Below, in pieces: positions 1 through 9,394 of a stretch of DNA of 32,000 nt. The notes under the pieces were generated by a model. The model searched no databases. It had not been told where the DNA came from and saw nothing but the letters and a program-made list of their open reading frames with translations. Position numbers and translations under genes: made by a program. The stretch comes from Desulfobulbus propionicus DSM 2032 (lineage in GTDB: Bacteria; Desulfobacterota; Desulfobulbia; Desulfobulbales; Desulfobulbaceae): assembly GCF_000186885.1 (NCBI RefSeq), contig NC_014972.1, positions 810,001 through 842,000 on the forward strand, read 5' to 3'. The first letter of the stretch is position 1. Each line of letters starts with the position of its first letter.

Positions 1-1
1 G

Positions 2-286
2 TTCCTCTATGGCGGCATGATTGCCTCGCTGATCGATTGTCACGGCGCGGGGACCGCCGCGGCAGCCAAGGCCAGGCAGGATGGCAAGCCGATTTCCCGC
101 TTCGTCACCGCTTCATTGAAGGTGGACTATCTGGCACCGACGCCGATCAATACCGAGTTGGAGATTCGCGGCAAGGTGGTGGAAATCAAAGGTCGGAAGG
201 TGATCGTCGATCTGGTGGTGTTCGCCGCCGGCACAACCTGCGCCACTGGCACGGTGGTGATGGTGCAACTGAAGGAGCAGAACTGA
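2..286 (+). CDS. PaaI/hotdog-fold thioesterase, C-terminal fragment (5' end outside window)
   Basis: The ORF is open to the window edge. The translation FLYGGMIASLIDCHGAG...SLKVDYLAPTP...GRKVIVDLVV fits the hotdog-fold PaaI-type thioesterase pattern. The stop codon is at 284-286. Confidence 0.7.
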   Translation, partial: FLYGGMIASLIDCHGAGTAAAAKARQDGKPISRFVTASLKVDYLAPTPINTELEIRGKVVEIKGRKVIVDLVVFAAGTTCATGTVVMVQLKEQN

Positions 287-464
287 GCGCCGGTTGATCC
301 GGCGCCGACGGTGCGCATCCCGTGATGCACCGACAAGACGGGATTCCGGCGAGTTCACCTGGGGCGGGTGAACGGCCGACAGAGGCGTGCGTGAACCTGT
401 TTACGAGAGATTGATCAGGGCCAAGCGCGGAACGAGCACACAGACTATCTTGGGGGAAATACAC

Positions 465-1610
465 ATGAATTTCGAATTGACAGAAGAGCAAAACTTGATC
501 CGTGACATGGTCCGCAGTTTTGCCGAGACGGAAGTGGCTTCGTCCGCGGCCGAGCGGGACGAGAACGAGCGTTTTGACCGGGCCCTGATGTTTGATCGCC
601 TGGCCGAACTGGGCTTGACAGGTATCGTCTTTCCGGAAGAGTATGGCGGAGCCGGCGCCGATTATATCAGCTATGCCATCGCTGTCGAGGAGTTGTCCCG
701 GGTGTGTGGCTCCACCGGCGTCACCCTGTCGGCCCATCTGTCCCTTTGCGCCAATCCCATCTATATGTTCGGTACCGAGGCACAGAAACAGAAATTCCTG
801 GTGCCGCTGGCCAAGGGCGAGAAAATCGGTGGATTCGGCTTGACCGAGCCTTCCGCCGGCTCCGATGCCGGGGGCACCAAAACCACTGCCACCCGTGATG
901 GCAACGACTGGATCCTCAACGGTTCCAAGATTTTTATCACCAATGCCGGCGAGGCCGAGACCTACGTGGTGCTCGCCCGCAGCGACAAGAATGCGGAAAA
1001 GCACCGCGGTATCAGCGCCTTTATCGTCGAGAAAGGTACCCCTGGATTTTCCTTCGGTAAAAAGGAAAAGAAGATGGGGATTCGCTCCTCGCCCACCATG
1101 GAACTGGTGTTCGAGAACTGCCGCATTCCCGGCGACAATCTGCTTGGCCAGGAAGGCCAGGGATTCAAGGTAGCGATGAAAACCCTGGATGGCGGCCGTA
1201 TCGGCATCGCAGCCCAAGCCCTCGGCATTGCCCAGGGAGCTCTGGATGCAGCCCTCGCCTACACCAAGGAGCGTGAGCAGTTCAACAAACCGATCGCCTC
1301 GTTTCAGGGCGTTTCCTTCCAACTGGCAGACATGGCCACCCAGGTCGAGGCCGCCCGTCTGCTGATTTACAACGCCGCCTATCGGGCCAGCAATGGTCTC
1401 TCCTATTCCCTGGAATCGGCCATGGCCAAATTGTTTGCCTCCGAGACCGCCATGCGGGTGACCACCCAGGCTGTCCAACTGCACGGTGGCTATGGGTACA
1501 CCCGTGAATTTCCGGTTGAGCGGATGATGCGCGACGCCAAGATCACCGAGATTTACGAGGGAACCAGCGAAGTCCAGCGCGTGGTTATCGGGGCCGCTTT
1601 GACTCGATAA
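465..1610 (+). CDS. acyl-CoA dehydrogenase (short-chain/butyryl-CoA dehydrogenase-like)
   Basis: ATG at 465 is preceded by GGGGGAAAT. The 381-aa product starts MNFELTEEQ and carries [16 protein letters not shown] and [11 protein letters not shown], which are typical of the ACAD family. The annotated upstream start at 387 adds a non-conserved extension. Confidence 0.9.
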   Translation: MNFELTEEQNLIRDMVRSFAETEVASSAAERDENERFDRALMFDRLAELGLTGIVFPEEYGGAGADYISYAIAVEELSRVCGSTGVTLSAHLSLCANPIYMFGTEAQKQKFLVPLAKGEKIGGFGLTEPSAGSDAGGTKTTATRDGNDWILNGSKIFITNAGEAETYVVLARSDKNAEKHRGISAFIVEKGTPGFSFGKKEKKMGIRSSPTMELVFENCRIPGDNLLGQEGQGFKVAMKTLDGGRIGIAAQALGIAQGALDAALAYTKEREQFNKPIASFQGVSFQLADMATQVEAARLLIYNAAYRASNGLSYSLESAMAKLFASETAMRVTTQAVQLHGGYGYTREFPVERMMRDAKITEIYEGTSEVQRVVIGAALTR

Positions 1611-1751
1611 CAGACTCCGGCCGCCGCAGGCGGCTGGAGCACCTAACCTATTGATGATAAACAAGAAGAGAGCTGCGGCGCAAGCTGCCTCTCTTCTTCT
1701 GCGCAAGCATGAAACACAACGTTTGTTTACGTGAAGGAAGGGGGAGCCTGG

Positions 1752-3731
1752 ATGGAGTTTACCCGTGAAATATATTGGAATGTCGGTCATGGGTTTACTA
1801 CCTTGGCACCCATGTACGGCCTGTTGTTGGTGGCCTTGACCATTTTTGTGATCGGTTTTCTTAAGCGGATCAAGGTCTATCGTCTCGGACAGCCCTTGGA
1901 TCGAACGGACCAACGAGGCGAACGAATCAAATATCTGCTGGAGAATGTGCTGCTCCAGACCAAGGTGATGCGGGTGCCCGGTCCGGGCACGGCGCATGCG
2001 CTTTTTTTCTGGTCGTTTTTCGCCCTGTTCATCGGTACCACCCTGATCGTGATTCAGGCGGATTTCACCGATCTGCTCTTTGACGTCACCTTCCTCAAGG
2101 GAACCTTTTACAAACTGTTTTCCCTGACCCTGGATCTGGCTGGCTTGCTTGCCGTGGCCATGTTGGGCGGTTTGCTGGTACGCCGCTATCTCATCCGCCC
2201 CGAAGGATTGGTGACCAAAGGTGACGATGCCCTGATGCACGCCCTGCTGTTGGCCATTCTCCTCACCGGATTTTGTATCGAAGGCGCCCGCATGGCGGTG
2301 ACCGAGATGGGCACGCCGCTCGCGGCCTGGTCGCCGGTCGGGTTGGCAATAGCCACGCTACTGGGGGGGATGAGCGAAGAGGGGTTGCGCACCCTCCATG
2401 CCGGCTTATGGTGGTTCCACCTGGTGCTGGCGCTTGGGTTCGTGGCGGTCATCCCGTACTCCAAGTTCCGACATATCGTCACCACCAGCGCCAACGCCTT
2501 TCTTGCCGATCGCGGTCCAACAGGCAAGCTGACCACGATCAATCTTGAGGATGAAAACACCGAAAAATTCGGGGCCAATGAACTGACGGACCTGCGCTGG
2601 AAGGACATCTTCGATGCCGACGCCTGCACTTTGTGCAAGCGTTGCCAGGATCGCTGCCCCGCCTTCAATACCGGCAAGCCGCTGTCGCCAATGAAACTGG
2701 TCAATCAGATCGGTGAGGTGGCCTTTGGGAACCGGGAGGCCAATCTGATCGATACCATCGGCCGCGAAGCTCTTTGGGCCTGCACGACCTGTCGGGCTTG
2801 CCAGGACATCTGCCCGGCGTCCATCGAGCATGTGGACAAGATCATCGAGATGCGGCGCAACCTGGTGCTGATGGAAGGGGAATTTCCCGGCGAGGAGGTC
2901 ATGGCGGCCATGGAGCAGACCGAGGTCAACGGCAATCCGCTGGGCTTGGGCTACGCCTCCCGCGGCGATTGGGCCGAATCCCTGGGAATCAAACCTTTGG
3001 CCGAAGATCCGGAGGTGGACCTGCTCTATTTTGTCGGCTGTTACGCGTCCTTCGACAAGCGCAACATCGCGGTGGCCAAGAGCTTTGTCAAGCTCTGCCA
3101 GGCTGCCGGAGTCAAAATTGGCATTCTCGGCAAGGAAGAAAAATGCTGCGGCGAGCCGATGCGCAAGATGGGCAACGAATATCTCTACCAAACCCTGGCC
3201 ATGGAAACCGTGGAGATCATCAAGGGCTATGGGGTGAAGAAAATCGTCACCACCTGTCCGCACTGCTTCAATACCCTGGCCAAGGATTACCGCGACTTTG
3301 ATTTCGACATTGAGGTCGTGCCGCATGCGCTGTTCCTCGAACAGTTGGTCGCTTCCGGTACATTGTCGCTCAAAACCGAATCCTTTGCCTGTACCTACCA
3401 CGACTCCTGCTATTTGGGACGTCATAACGCGATGTACGACGCGCCCCGCAATCTGATTCGGGCGGCGGGAGGCCAGATCACCGAGATGGCCAAAAATCGC
3501 GATCAAGCCTTCTGCTGCAGTGCAGGTGGCGGAAGAATCATGGCCGAAGAAAATATAGGTGAACGGATTAACATCAAGCGGGTGGAAATGGCCGTGGCCA
3601 CCGGGGCCGGGCAACTGCTGTCCAACTGCCCCTTCTGCTTGACCATGTTCGAGGATGGCGTCAAAGGCGCCAATGCCGAAGAACAGCTGCGCCCCCGGGA
3701 TATTGCCGAGATTCTTGCCGAACGGGTATGA
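1752..3731 (+). CDS. membrane-anchored FeS oxidoreductase (HdrD/DsrK-like, Etf-associated)
   Basis: ATG at 1752 follows GAAGGAAGGGGGA. The N-terminal ~250 aa contain 5-6 hydrophobic helices. These are followed by two ferredoxin motifs (CTLCKRCQDRCP, CTTCRACQDICP) and two CCG-type Cys-rich domains (KCCGEP, FCCSAGGG). The gene sits between acd and etfBA. Confidence 0.85.
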   Translation: MEFTREIYWNVGHGFTTLAPMYGLLLVALTIFVIGFLKRIKVYRLGQPLDRTDQRGERIKYLLENVLLQTKVMRVPGPGTAHALFFWSFFALFIGTTLIVIQADFTDLLFDVTFLKGTFYKLFSLTLDLAGLLAVAMLGGLLVRRYLIRPEGLVTKGDDALMHALLLAILLTGFCIEGARMAVTEMGTPLAAWSPVGLAIATLLGGMSEEGLRTLHAGLWWFHLVLALGFVAVIPYSKFRHIVTTSANAFLADRGPTGKLTTINLEDENTEKFGANELTDLRWKDIFDADACTLCKRCQDRCPAFNTGKPLSPMKLVNQIGEVAFGNREANLIDTIGREALWACTTCRACQDICPASIEHVDKIIEMRRNLVLMEGEFPGEEVMAAMEQTEVNGNPLGLGYASRGDWAESLGIKPLAEDPEVDLLYFVGCYASFDKRNIAVAKSFVKLCQAAGVKIGILGKEEKCCGEPMRKMGNEYLYQTLAMETVEIIKGYGVKKIVTTCPHCFNTLAKDYRDFDFDIEVVPHALFLEQLVASGTLSLKTESFACTYHDSCYLGRHNAMYDAPRNLIRAAGGQITEMAKNRDQAFCCSAGGGRIMAEENIGERINIKRVEMAVATGAGQLLSNCPFCLTMFEDGVKGANAEEQLRPRDIAEILAERV

Positions 3732-3785
3732 ATTTCGCGTTGACCATAGAGTAACCACACTTTGCCTGACTGCTGGAGGGAAGCA

Positions 3786-4556
3786 ATGAAAATACTGATT
3801 TGTATCAAACAGGTTCCAGACATGGAATCCAAATTCAAGATCAACGGCGAAAAAACCTGGTACGATCGGGCGGATCTCGCCTGGCGGATGAATGAGTATG
3901 ACGAATATGCGGTTGAGCAGGCTGTCCGGCTGAAGGAACAGGTAAAAGATGCCGACCTGACCGTGCTCTGCATCGGCCCGGACCAGGTGACCGAAACCAT
4001 CAAGAAAGCCTTGGCCATGGGGTGTGACCGTGGGGTGCACATCAACGACGCTGATTCCCATAAGCGGGAGCCGATCGAGATTGCCTCGATGATCGCCGGT
4101 TTTGCCAAGGACAAGCAGTTCGACATTATTTTCACCGGCATGCAGTCGCAGGACCGGGGCAGCGCCCAGGTGGGCGTCATGGTGGCCGAGCTGCTGGACA
4201 TGCCGGCGGTGACCACCATCGTCGGCTTCACCTACGACAACGGGACCATCAACCTCAAACGGGAGCTGGAAGGGGGGAGCAAGGCCCTGGTGACCGCCAC
4301 CACTCCGGTGGTGCTCACCTGTCAGCTGGGTCTCAACACCCCGCGTTATCCGACCTTGCCTAATATCATGAAAGCCAAAAAGAAGGAACTGCTCACCCTG
4401 GCGCCCGATACCGGTGGAATGGACACCCTGCAAGAAACGACAGCCTGCTTTTTCCCGGAGAAAAAGGGGGGCGGCCTGGTGCTGGAGGGCGATGTCGCCG
4501 ATCTGGCTGACAAACTGATCCACCTGCTCAAAGAAAAAACCGGCGTGTTGGCCTAG
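3786..4556 (+). CDS. etfB: electron transfer flavoprotein beta subunit
   Basis: The product starts MKILICIKQVPD and has an EtfB-like sequence throughout. ATG at 3786 follows GGAGGGAAGCA. Confidence 0.9.
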   Translation: MKILICIKQVPDMESKFKINGEKTWYDRADLAWRMNEYDEYAVEQAVRLKEQVKDADLTVLCIGPDQVTETIKKALAMGCDRGVHINDADSHKREPIEIASMIAGFAKDKQFDIIFTGMQSQDRGSAQVGVMVAELLDMPAVTTIVGFTYDNGTINLKRELEGGSKALVTATTPVVLTCQLGLNTPRYPTLPNIMKAKKKELLTLAPDTGGMDTLQETTACFFPEKKGGGLVLEGDVADLADKLIHLLKEKTGVLA

Positions 4557-4565
4557 GAGAGAATC

Positions 4566-5483
4566 ATGAAGACCTTACTTGTGGCGGAATTCCGGGAAGG
4601 AAAACTGCGTGTCAAATATTCGCAGCTGATTGCCTTTGCCAATCAGCTGCAAACCGAAACCGCGATGTTCCTGGTGGGCAGCCCCAGCGAATTGCCCCAA
4701 TTCAACGGGACCCTGTATTTGGCCGATGTGGGCAAATACGGGGAATACAATCCTGCTGTGCACAAGCAACTGCTGCTCGATGTCATCGCCAAGGAGCAAC
4801 CGGACCAGATCGTGTTCCACCATTCCTCCTATGGCTGGGACCTGGCGCCAAGGATTGCCGTGGCACTCAAGGCCGCCCAGATTTCCGAGGTCATCGCGGT
4901 TGAGGATGGCCTGCCGGTTGTTCCGGTGTGTAATGCCAAGTTGCGCCGGAAGATCAAGGCGACTTCCGCCAAGTCCGTGTTGACCTTGCAGGCCGGAGCT
5001 TTTGGCTTGGAAGAGGATCCGGTCGGCACTCCCACCGTGGTGGCGATAGACACCGTGGCGGGCGGCACGGTACAATGCACTGGCTACGAGGCCGCCAAGA
5101 TCGAGGGAGTGGATTTAACCAAGGCGGAGATTATTGTCAGTGCCGGACGCGGCGTTGGTAAACCGGAAAACGTGGCCATGGTGCAGGCTTTGGCCAAGGC
5201 TTTGGGCGGGGAATACGGTGCCAGCCGGCCGGTGGTCGATGCCGGTTGGGTGGAACATAACCGCCAAGTGGGCACCACTGGGAGCACGGTCACCCCCAAA
5301 CTCTACGTGGCCTGCGGTATTTCCGGCGCGATCCAGCATTTGGCGGGCATGAAAAAGTCGGAGTTCATCGTTGCCATCAACACCGACAAGGATGCGCCCA
5401 TCGGTGAGGTGGCCAATGTGTTGGTGGTGGCCGATCTCAAACAGTTCATTCCCGTGCTGACCGAAAAGCTCAACGCCCGTTGA
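4566..5483 (+). CDS. etfA: electron transfer flavoprotein alpha subunit
   Basis: The 305-aa product contains SAGRGVG...RPVVDAGW...[29 protein letters not shown], the EtfA FAD-binding C-terminal signature. An AGGAGAG Shine-Dalgarno lies upstream. Confidence 0.9.
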   Translation: MKTLLVAEFREGKLRVKYSQLIAFANQLQTETAMFLVGSPSELPQFNGTLYLADVGKYGEYNPAVHKQLLLDVIAKEQPDQIVFHHSSYGWDLAPRIAVALKAAQISEVIAVEDGLPVVPVCNAKLRRKIKATSAKSVLTLQAGAFGLEEDPVGTPTVVAIDTVAGGTVQCTGYEAAKIEGVDLTKAEIIVSAGRGVGKPENVAMVQALAKALGGEYGASRPVVDAGWVEHNRQVGTTGSTVTPKLYVACGISGAIQHLAGMKKSEFIVAINTDKDAPIGEVANVLVVADLKQFIPVLTEKLNAR

Positions 5484-5515
5484 CGACGGGGAAGCTCTCC
5501 GGACAAACACATTGA

Positions 5516-5550
5516 CCGCGCCGGCAACCCGTTGCCGGCGCGGTTTTTTG
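5516..5550 (+). terminator. rho-independent terminator of the acd-etf operon
   Basis: A 13-bp GC-rich inverted repeat (CCGCGCCGGCAAC / GTTGCCGGCGCGG) is followed by TTTTTT at 5544-5549. Confidence 0.8.
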
Positions 5551-5587
5551 TTGCCGTGCTGTCGGTAGAACCAGTGCGATTCATTCA

Positions 5588-5619
5588 ATAAAAAAGCCGC
5601 ATCCCAAAAGGATGCGGCT
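5588..5619 (-). terminator. rho-independent terminator of the Tim44-like gene
   Basis: A perfect 10-bp stem pairs AGCCGCATCC (5595-5604) with GGATGCGGCT (5610-5619). On the minus strand it is followed by TTTTTTAT. Confidence 0.75.
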
Positions 5620-5649
5620 TGAACAAGCAATGTGACGCGCAGAAGCGTT

Positions 5650-6591
5650 TTACCCTTCGACCACCTCAATGCCTTCCAATTTCCAATCTTCTGTACGCAT
5701 CGGTCGTGCCCAGGTCCATTTTTCGGCAAATTTAATCGGCTCGGTCATGCTGCCTTCCACAAGGGCTCCGGTCTTTTCATCAACCGTGTAATCGAGCAGG
5801 TTGGCGGTAAACAACACCGTGACGAAATCCTCGCCGTTATCGCTGCCAGCGGCAATAATTTCCACTTTGCGCACGGCAATGCTCTCCAGTTTGTTGATCT
5901 GCCCGAGTTCTTGCATGCGGGCAAAATGTTGTTCATATTCCGCCGCCAGTTGCTGGCCCAGCAGATGACGGTAGGATGAAAGATCGCGTCGCATCCAGCC
6001 TGCCTGGATCTTGAAGAACACGTCGGAGGCCACTTCGAGAAAGTATTTATCGTCGAATCCAGGATCAGTGGCGCGAATCTCGGCCAAGCCCTGTTCCATC
6101 GTATTGGTTGCGCGAATGGGTGGGATCGGAGGCACCGGCGGAACGGTGTTGCCGGCAAACTGGCCGCCGCCACCCTGGAACATATTTGGCGCTGGGGGCG
6201 GTTGATAGCCGGAAGAAGAGGGGGCTGCGGGGCGATTGACAAAACGTTTGTAGAGAAAATAGCCCACGCCGCCAAGGATCAGCAGCGGCAGAATGCCCAT
6301 GCCGCTGCCGCTGGCACCGAACAGGCTGCCAAAGAGGAGGCCGCCAAGGGCGCCGCCGAGCAGACCGCCCATCAGGCCACGGCTGAAACTGCCTGGTTGC
6401 GATTGTTGCTGCCGCTGATTGAATTGGCTCGGCGCCTGCTGTTGGGAAGGACGACTCGATGGGCTGCTGAACGAGCGGCCACCGGATTTAGAGCGCGCGT
6501 CGGCGTAATCGGTGGTCCAACCGCCCTCCATGAAGGCAAGTGTAAACACTACAAGCAAGAAAGGGGTCCATCGTCTCAATAAAGCGGTCAT
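5650..6591 (-). CDS. Tim44-like domain protein with N-terminal signal/anchor and Gly-rich transmembrane segment
   Basis: The 313-aa product has a hydrophobic N-terminus, a Q/S/G-rich linker and a GGLLGGALGGLLFGSLFG helix. Its C-terminal ~150 aa (DKYFLEVASDVFFKIQAGW...WTWARP...WKLEGIE) match the Tim44-like domain pattern. Confidence 0.75.
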   Translation of the reverse strand: MTALLRRWTPFLLVVFTLAFMEGGWTTDYADARSKSGGRSFSSPSSRPSQQQAPSQFNQRQQQSQPGSFSRGLMGGLLGGALGGLLFGSLFGASGSGMGILPLLILGGVGYFLYKRFVNRPAAPSSSGYQPPPAPNMFQGGGGQFAGNTVPPVPPIPPIRATNTMEQGLAEIRATDPGFDDKYFLEVASDVFFKIQAGWMRRDLSSYRHLLGQQLAAEYEQHFARMQELGQINKLESIAVRKVEIIAAGSDNGEDFVTVLFTANLLDYTVDEKTGALVEGSMTEPIKFAEKWTWARPMRTEDWKLEGIEVVEG

Positions 6592-7068
6592 AACATATCC
6601 ATCTCAGGGGTTGGTGGGGAACAACAGAGGTTGTCGCTTCTCTGTCGGGAACTGCAAGGGGTGCTGACAACCAGTCATGTCAACAATGAATTGGTTGTAG
6701 TTTAATGGTGATCAGGGCAATGTCAAGGTATTCCGGTCTTGCCTATGACGGTTTCACGCCAACCTTATCCCCATTTTCGCGCAGTTCATGCAAACAGAAT
6801 CGCCGTTGGGGCTGGCGCCGCCCTGCTGGCCTTTCTCGCGCTGATGGGGCACGAGCCAATCTCGGCGCCCATTTTTTCAGGGCTGCCTGCGGTCTTGTCA
6901 GTGGCCTGTAGGCCGGCCGTGGCCGTCTATCGGAGAGGTGGCGGCACCCCGCCCCAAAGTTGCGTTGTTTGCCGTGAGCATGGAATAAATGGGCCCGTCG
7001 TTTCTCTCCTGGCCGGTTGATCCTTGTACGCCACGGGGAAGAAAGCGTCGATTGCCATCCGATCTTGT

Positions 7069-7097
7069 TTGACGTTGCGCCGAGAAATGCATAATAT
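7069..7097 (+). promoter_or_regulatory. sigma-70-type promoter candidate for hflKC
   Basis: TTGACG (7069-7074), a 17-nt spacer, then TAATAT (7092-7097). This would give a ~130-nt leader before hflK. Confidence 0.45.
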
Positions 7098-7234
7098 GCC
7101 TGCAATTTGTTGTCTCCAGCACCGTTGCCGTTGGCGCAATGATGCGCGCCCTCGCGGGATAGCCTGATCATCCTGTCGGCAGCTGGTGCATTACGACCCT
7201 CTCATTGATTACCTACCACCACTGGAGCCGTTTC

Positions 7235-8356
7235 ATGCCGATGAATGAACAACCGCCCTGGGGGCAGAAGAAAAAACCTTCAGGACCGGAGGATGTCCTT
7301 GCCCAGCTTATTCAAAAAATCCGGGATACCTTTTCGGGCAAAGAGGAGGGCCGCCCCCAGGGCGGTTCAGAAGGTCCGTCACCTGTCCAGCCAGCCGGTT
7401 TTTTGCCCGGAGCCGGCAAACTGCTGGCCATTGTGGCCGCTGTTCTTCTTCTTCAGGGCGCGTTTTCCTGCTTCTACACCATCAAGCCTGGTGAAGTCGG
7501 AGTTGTACTCCGTTTCGGACAATATACCCGGACCACTCAGCCCGGCTTGCATTTCAAGATTCCCTATGTGGAAGACTTGGCCAAGGTGGATGTGGAAAGT
7601 GTGCGCAAGGAGGAGTTCGGCTTTCGGACCCGCACCCCGGGGATCAGCACTACCTTTGAACGCAAGGGCTACGACATGGAGTCCTTGATGCTCACCGGCG
7701 ACAAGGACGTGATCGAGGTAGCCTGGATCGTTCAATACAAGGTCAGCGATCCGGTGAATTTTCTCTTCAAGGTCCGCGATGTGGCTCAGACGGTGCGGGA
7801 CGCCTCGGAAACGGTCACCCGGCGCATTGTCGGCAACATGGATTTCGACTACGTCCTCGGGAACCGTGAAATCCTGGCGGCCAACGCCAAGCAGGAACTG
7901 CAGGCGCAAATGGACCGGCTGCAGTGCGGCATCAATGTCGTCACCGTGCAGTTGCTGGATATCAATCCGCCCGAGCAGGTCAAGCCGGCCTTCAACGAAG
8001 TCAACGAGGCGGATCAGGACATGAAACGGCTGGTCAATGAAGCCGAGGAAACCTACAACAAGGTTATCCCCAAGGCGCGCGGCAGCGCCAAGCAGATTGT
8101 CGAGGAAGCACGGGGCTACGCGGTGGAACGGACCAACCGGGCCAACGGCGAAACTCACCGATTCAAGGCGGTTGTCAAGGAATACGAAGGGGCGGAAAGT
8201 GTGACCCGTCAGCGGCTGTATCTGGAGGCCATGGAGGAAATTCTGCCCCAGGTGGAGCATATTTATGTCATGGACAGGAGCCAGCAGAGCATTTTGCCGC
8301 TCTTTGATGTGACCCGAAAGGCAAGCCCGGCACAACCGTCCGACACAGCCAGGTAG
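7235..8356 (+). CDS. hflK: FtsH protease modulator HflK (SPFH/band-7)
   Basis: The N-terminus MPMNEQPPWGQKK is followed by a transmembrane helix and an SPFH domain (IKPGEVGVVLRFGQY...). It is followed directly by hflC. The start could be 7235 or 7241; the TTG at 7205 is unlikely. Confidence 0.88.
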   Translation: MPMNEQPPWGQKKKPSGPEDVLAQLIQKIRDTFSGKEEGRPQGGSEGPSPVQPAGFLPGAGKLLAIVAAVLLLQGAFSCFYTIKPGEVGVVLRFGQYTRTTQPGLHFKIPYVEDLAKVDVESVRKEEFGFRTRTPGISTTFERKGYDMESLMLTGDKDVIEVAWIVQYKVSDPVNFLFKVRDVAQTVRDASETVTRRIVGNMDFDYVLGNREILAANAKQELQAQMDRLQCGINVVTVQLLDINPPEQVKPAFNEVNEADQDMKRLVNEAEETYNKVIPKARGSAKQIVEEARGYAVERTNRANGETHRFKAVVKEYEGAESVTRQRLYLEAMEEILPQVEHIYVMDRSQQSILPLFDVTRKASPAQPSDTAR

Positions 8357-8409
8357 CCTCGTTTCTTGCGTGCATCGAATCGATAACTTCTGCCAAACGA
8401 CACAAACTT

Positions 8410-9351
8410 ATGGATAAAATTATTCGTCCTCTCGTTCTCATCCTGCTGATCGCTGCCGGCATCGCCGTCTGGGACGGCTTCTTCATCCTCCCGGAAGGTC
8501 AGCAGGCCGTCATCACTCAGTTCGGTGCCCCGGTTGGTGCACCCGTGACCAAGGCCGGCCTCAAGTTCAAGACTCCTTTCATCCAGGTTGTGCAATATTT
8601 CGACAAACGGATCCTGGTATGGGACGGTGACCCCAATCAAATTCCGACCAACGACAAGACCTTCATTTACATGGACAACACCGCCCGTTGGCGTATTTCC
8701 GATCCCCTGCGGTTTCTCCAGGCCGTGGGCAATGAAAGACGGGCGACCTCCCTGCTCAACGATATCCTGGCTGGCACGGTGCGCGACTTGGTCAACAAAA
8801 ACGATCTGATCGAAATCATCCGCAGTTCCGACTGGTCGCCGGATTATATGGCCGCAACGGTGCAGTCGCGGGATATGGTGGTGCCGCCCAAGGTCGGTCG
8901 GGACAAGATCAGCCAGATGGTGTTGGATGCCGCTTCGAAAATCACTCCTCAATACGGTATTGAACTGCTGGATGTGATGTTTACCCGGGTCAACTATATC
9001 GAGTCGGTTCGCTTGAAGGTCTATGACCGGATGATCTCCGAGCGCAAACGAATCGCGGCGGAAAAACGCTCGACCGGCGAGGGCCGCAAGGCCGAGATCC
9101 TGGGACGGGTTGACCGGGAATTGCAGGAGATCACCTCAACCGCCAAGCGGGAGGCCACCGAGATTCGGGGTAAGGCCGATGCCGAGGCGGCCAAAATCTA
9201 CGCCCAGGCATATTCGAGCAACCCCGAATTTTTCGCTTTCCAGAAAAGTCTGGAGAGCTATCGTTCCATCATCGGTAAGAACACCTCGCTGGTGCTCTCG
9301 GCCGATTCCGATCTGTTTCGCTATCTGGAGCGGCAACGAATGCCGAATTGA
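8410..9351 (+). CDS. hflC: FtsH protease modulator HflC (SPFH/band-7)
   Basis: The 313-aa product has an N-terminal transmembrane helix, an SPFH domain and a C-terminal ...AEAAKIYAQAYSSNPEFFAFQKSLESY segment typical of HflC. Confidence 0.88.
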   Translation: MDKIIRPLVLILLIAAGIAVWDGFFILPEGQQAVITQFGAPVGAPVTKAGLKFKTPFIQVVQYFDKRILVWDGDPNQIPTNDKTFIYMDNTARWRISDPLRFLQAVGNERRATSLLNDILAGTVRDLVNKNDLIEIIRSSDWSPDYMAATVQSRDMVVPPKVGRDKISQMVLDAASKITPQYGIELLDVMFTRVNYIESVRLKVYDRMISERKRIAAEKRSTGEGRKAEILGRVDRELQEITSTAKREATEIRGKADAEAAKIYAQAYSSNPEFFAFQKSLESYRSIIGKNTSLVLSADSDLFRYLERQRMPN

Positions 9352-9394
9352 TCGTGGGAATCATTTTTTTGGAGCGCGACCGTACAGCGGGCGG

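Noticed and set aside
186-4523. Two very long antisense ORFs (186-2240, 684 aa; 2406-4523, 705 aa) opposite acd, the FeS oxidoreductase and etfB.
   Set aside because: Both are in the codon-aligned antisense frame of genes that all sit in the same forward frame (starts 465, 1752, 3786). They stay open simply because the sense genes avoid TTA/CTA/TCA codons. The translations are low-complexity Gly/Arg/Ala/His-rich, whereas the sense products have unmistakable family signatures.
6880-6960. A GCCACTG string on the minus strand, reminiscent of the cobalamin-riboswitch core.
   Set aside because: The other conserved riboswitch elements (the GGGAA...GGTG..AATCC region and the B12 box) are absent, and the downstream gene is not cobalamin-related.
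6705-7171. ORFs of 68-142 aa in the Tim44-like/hflK intergenic region.
   Set aside because: They overlap on both strands, have Arg/Pro/Gly-rich translations, lack Shine-Dalgarno sequences, and show no family resemblance.
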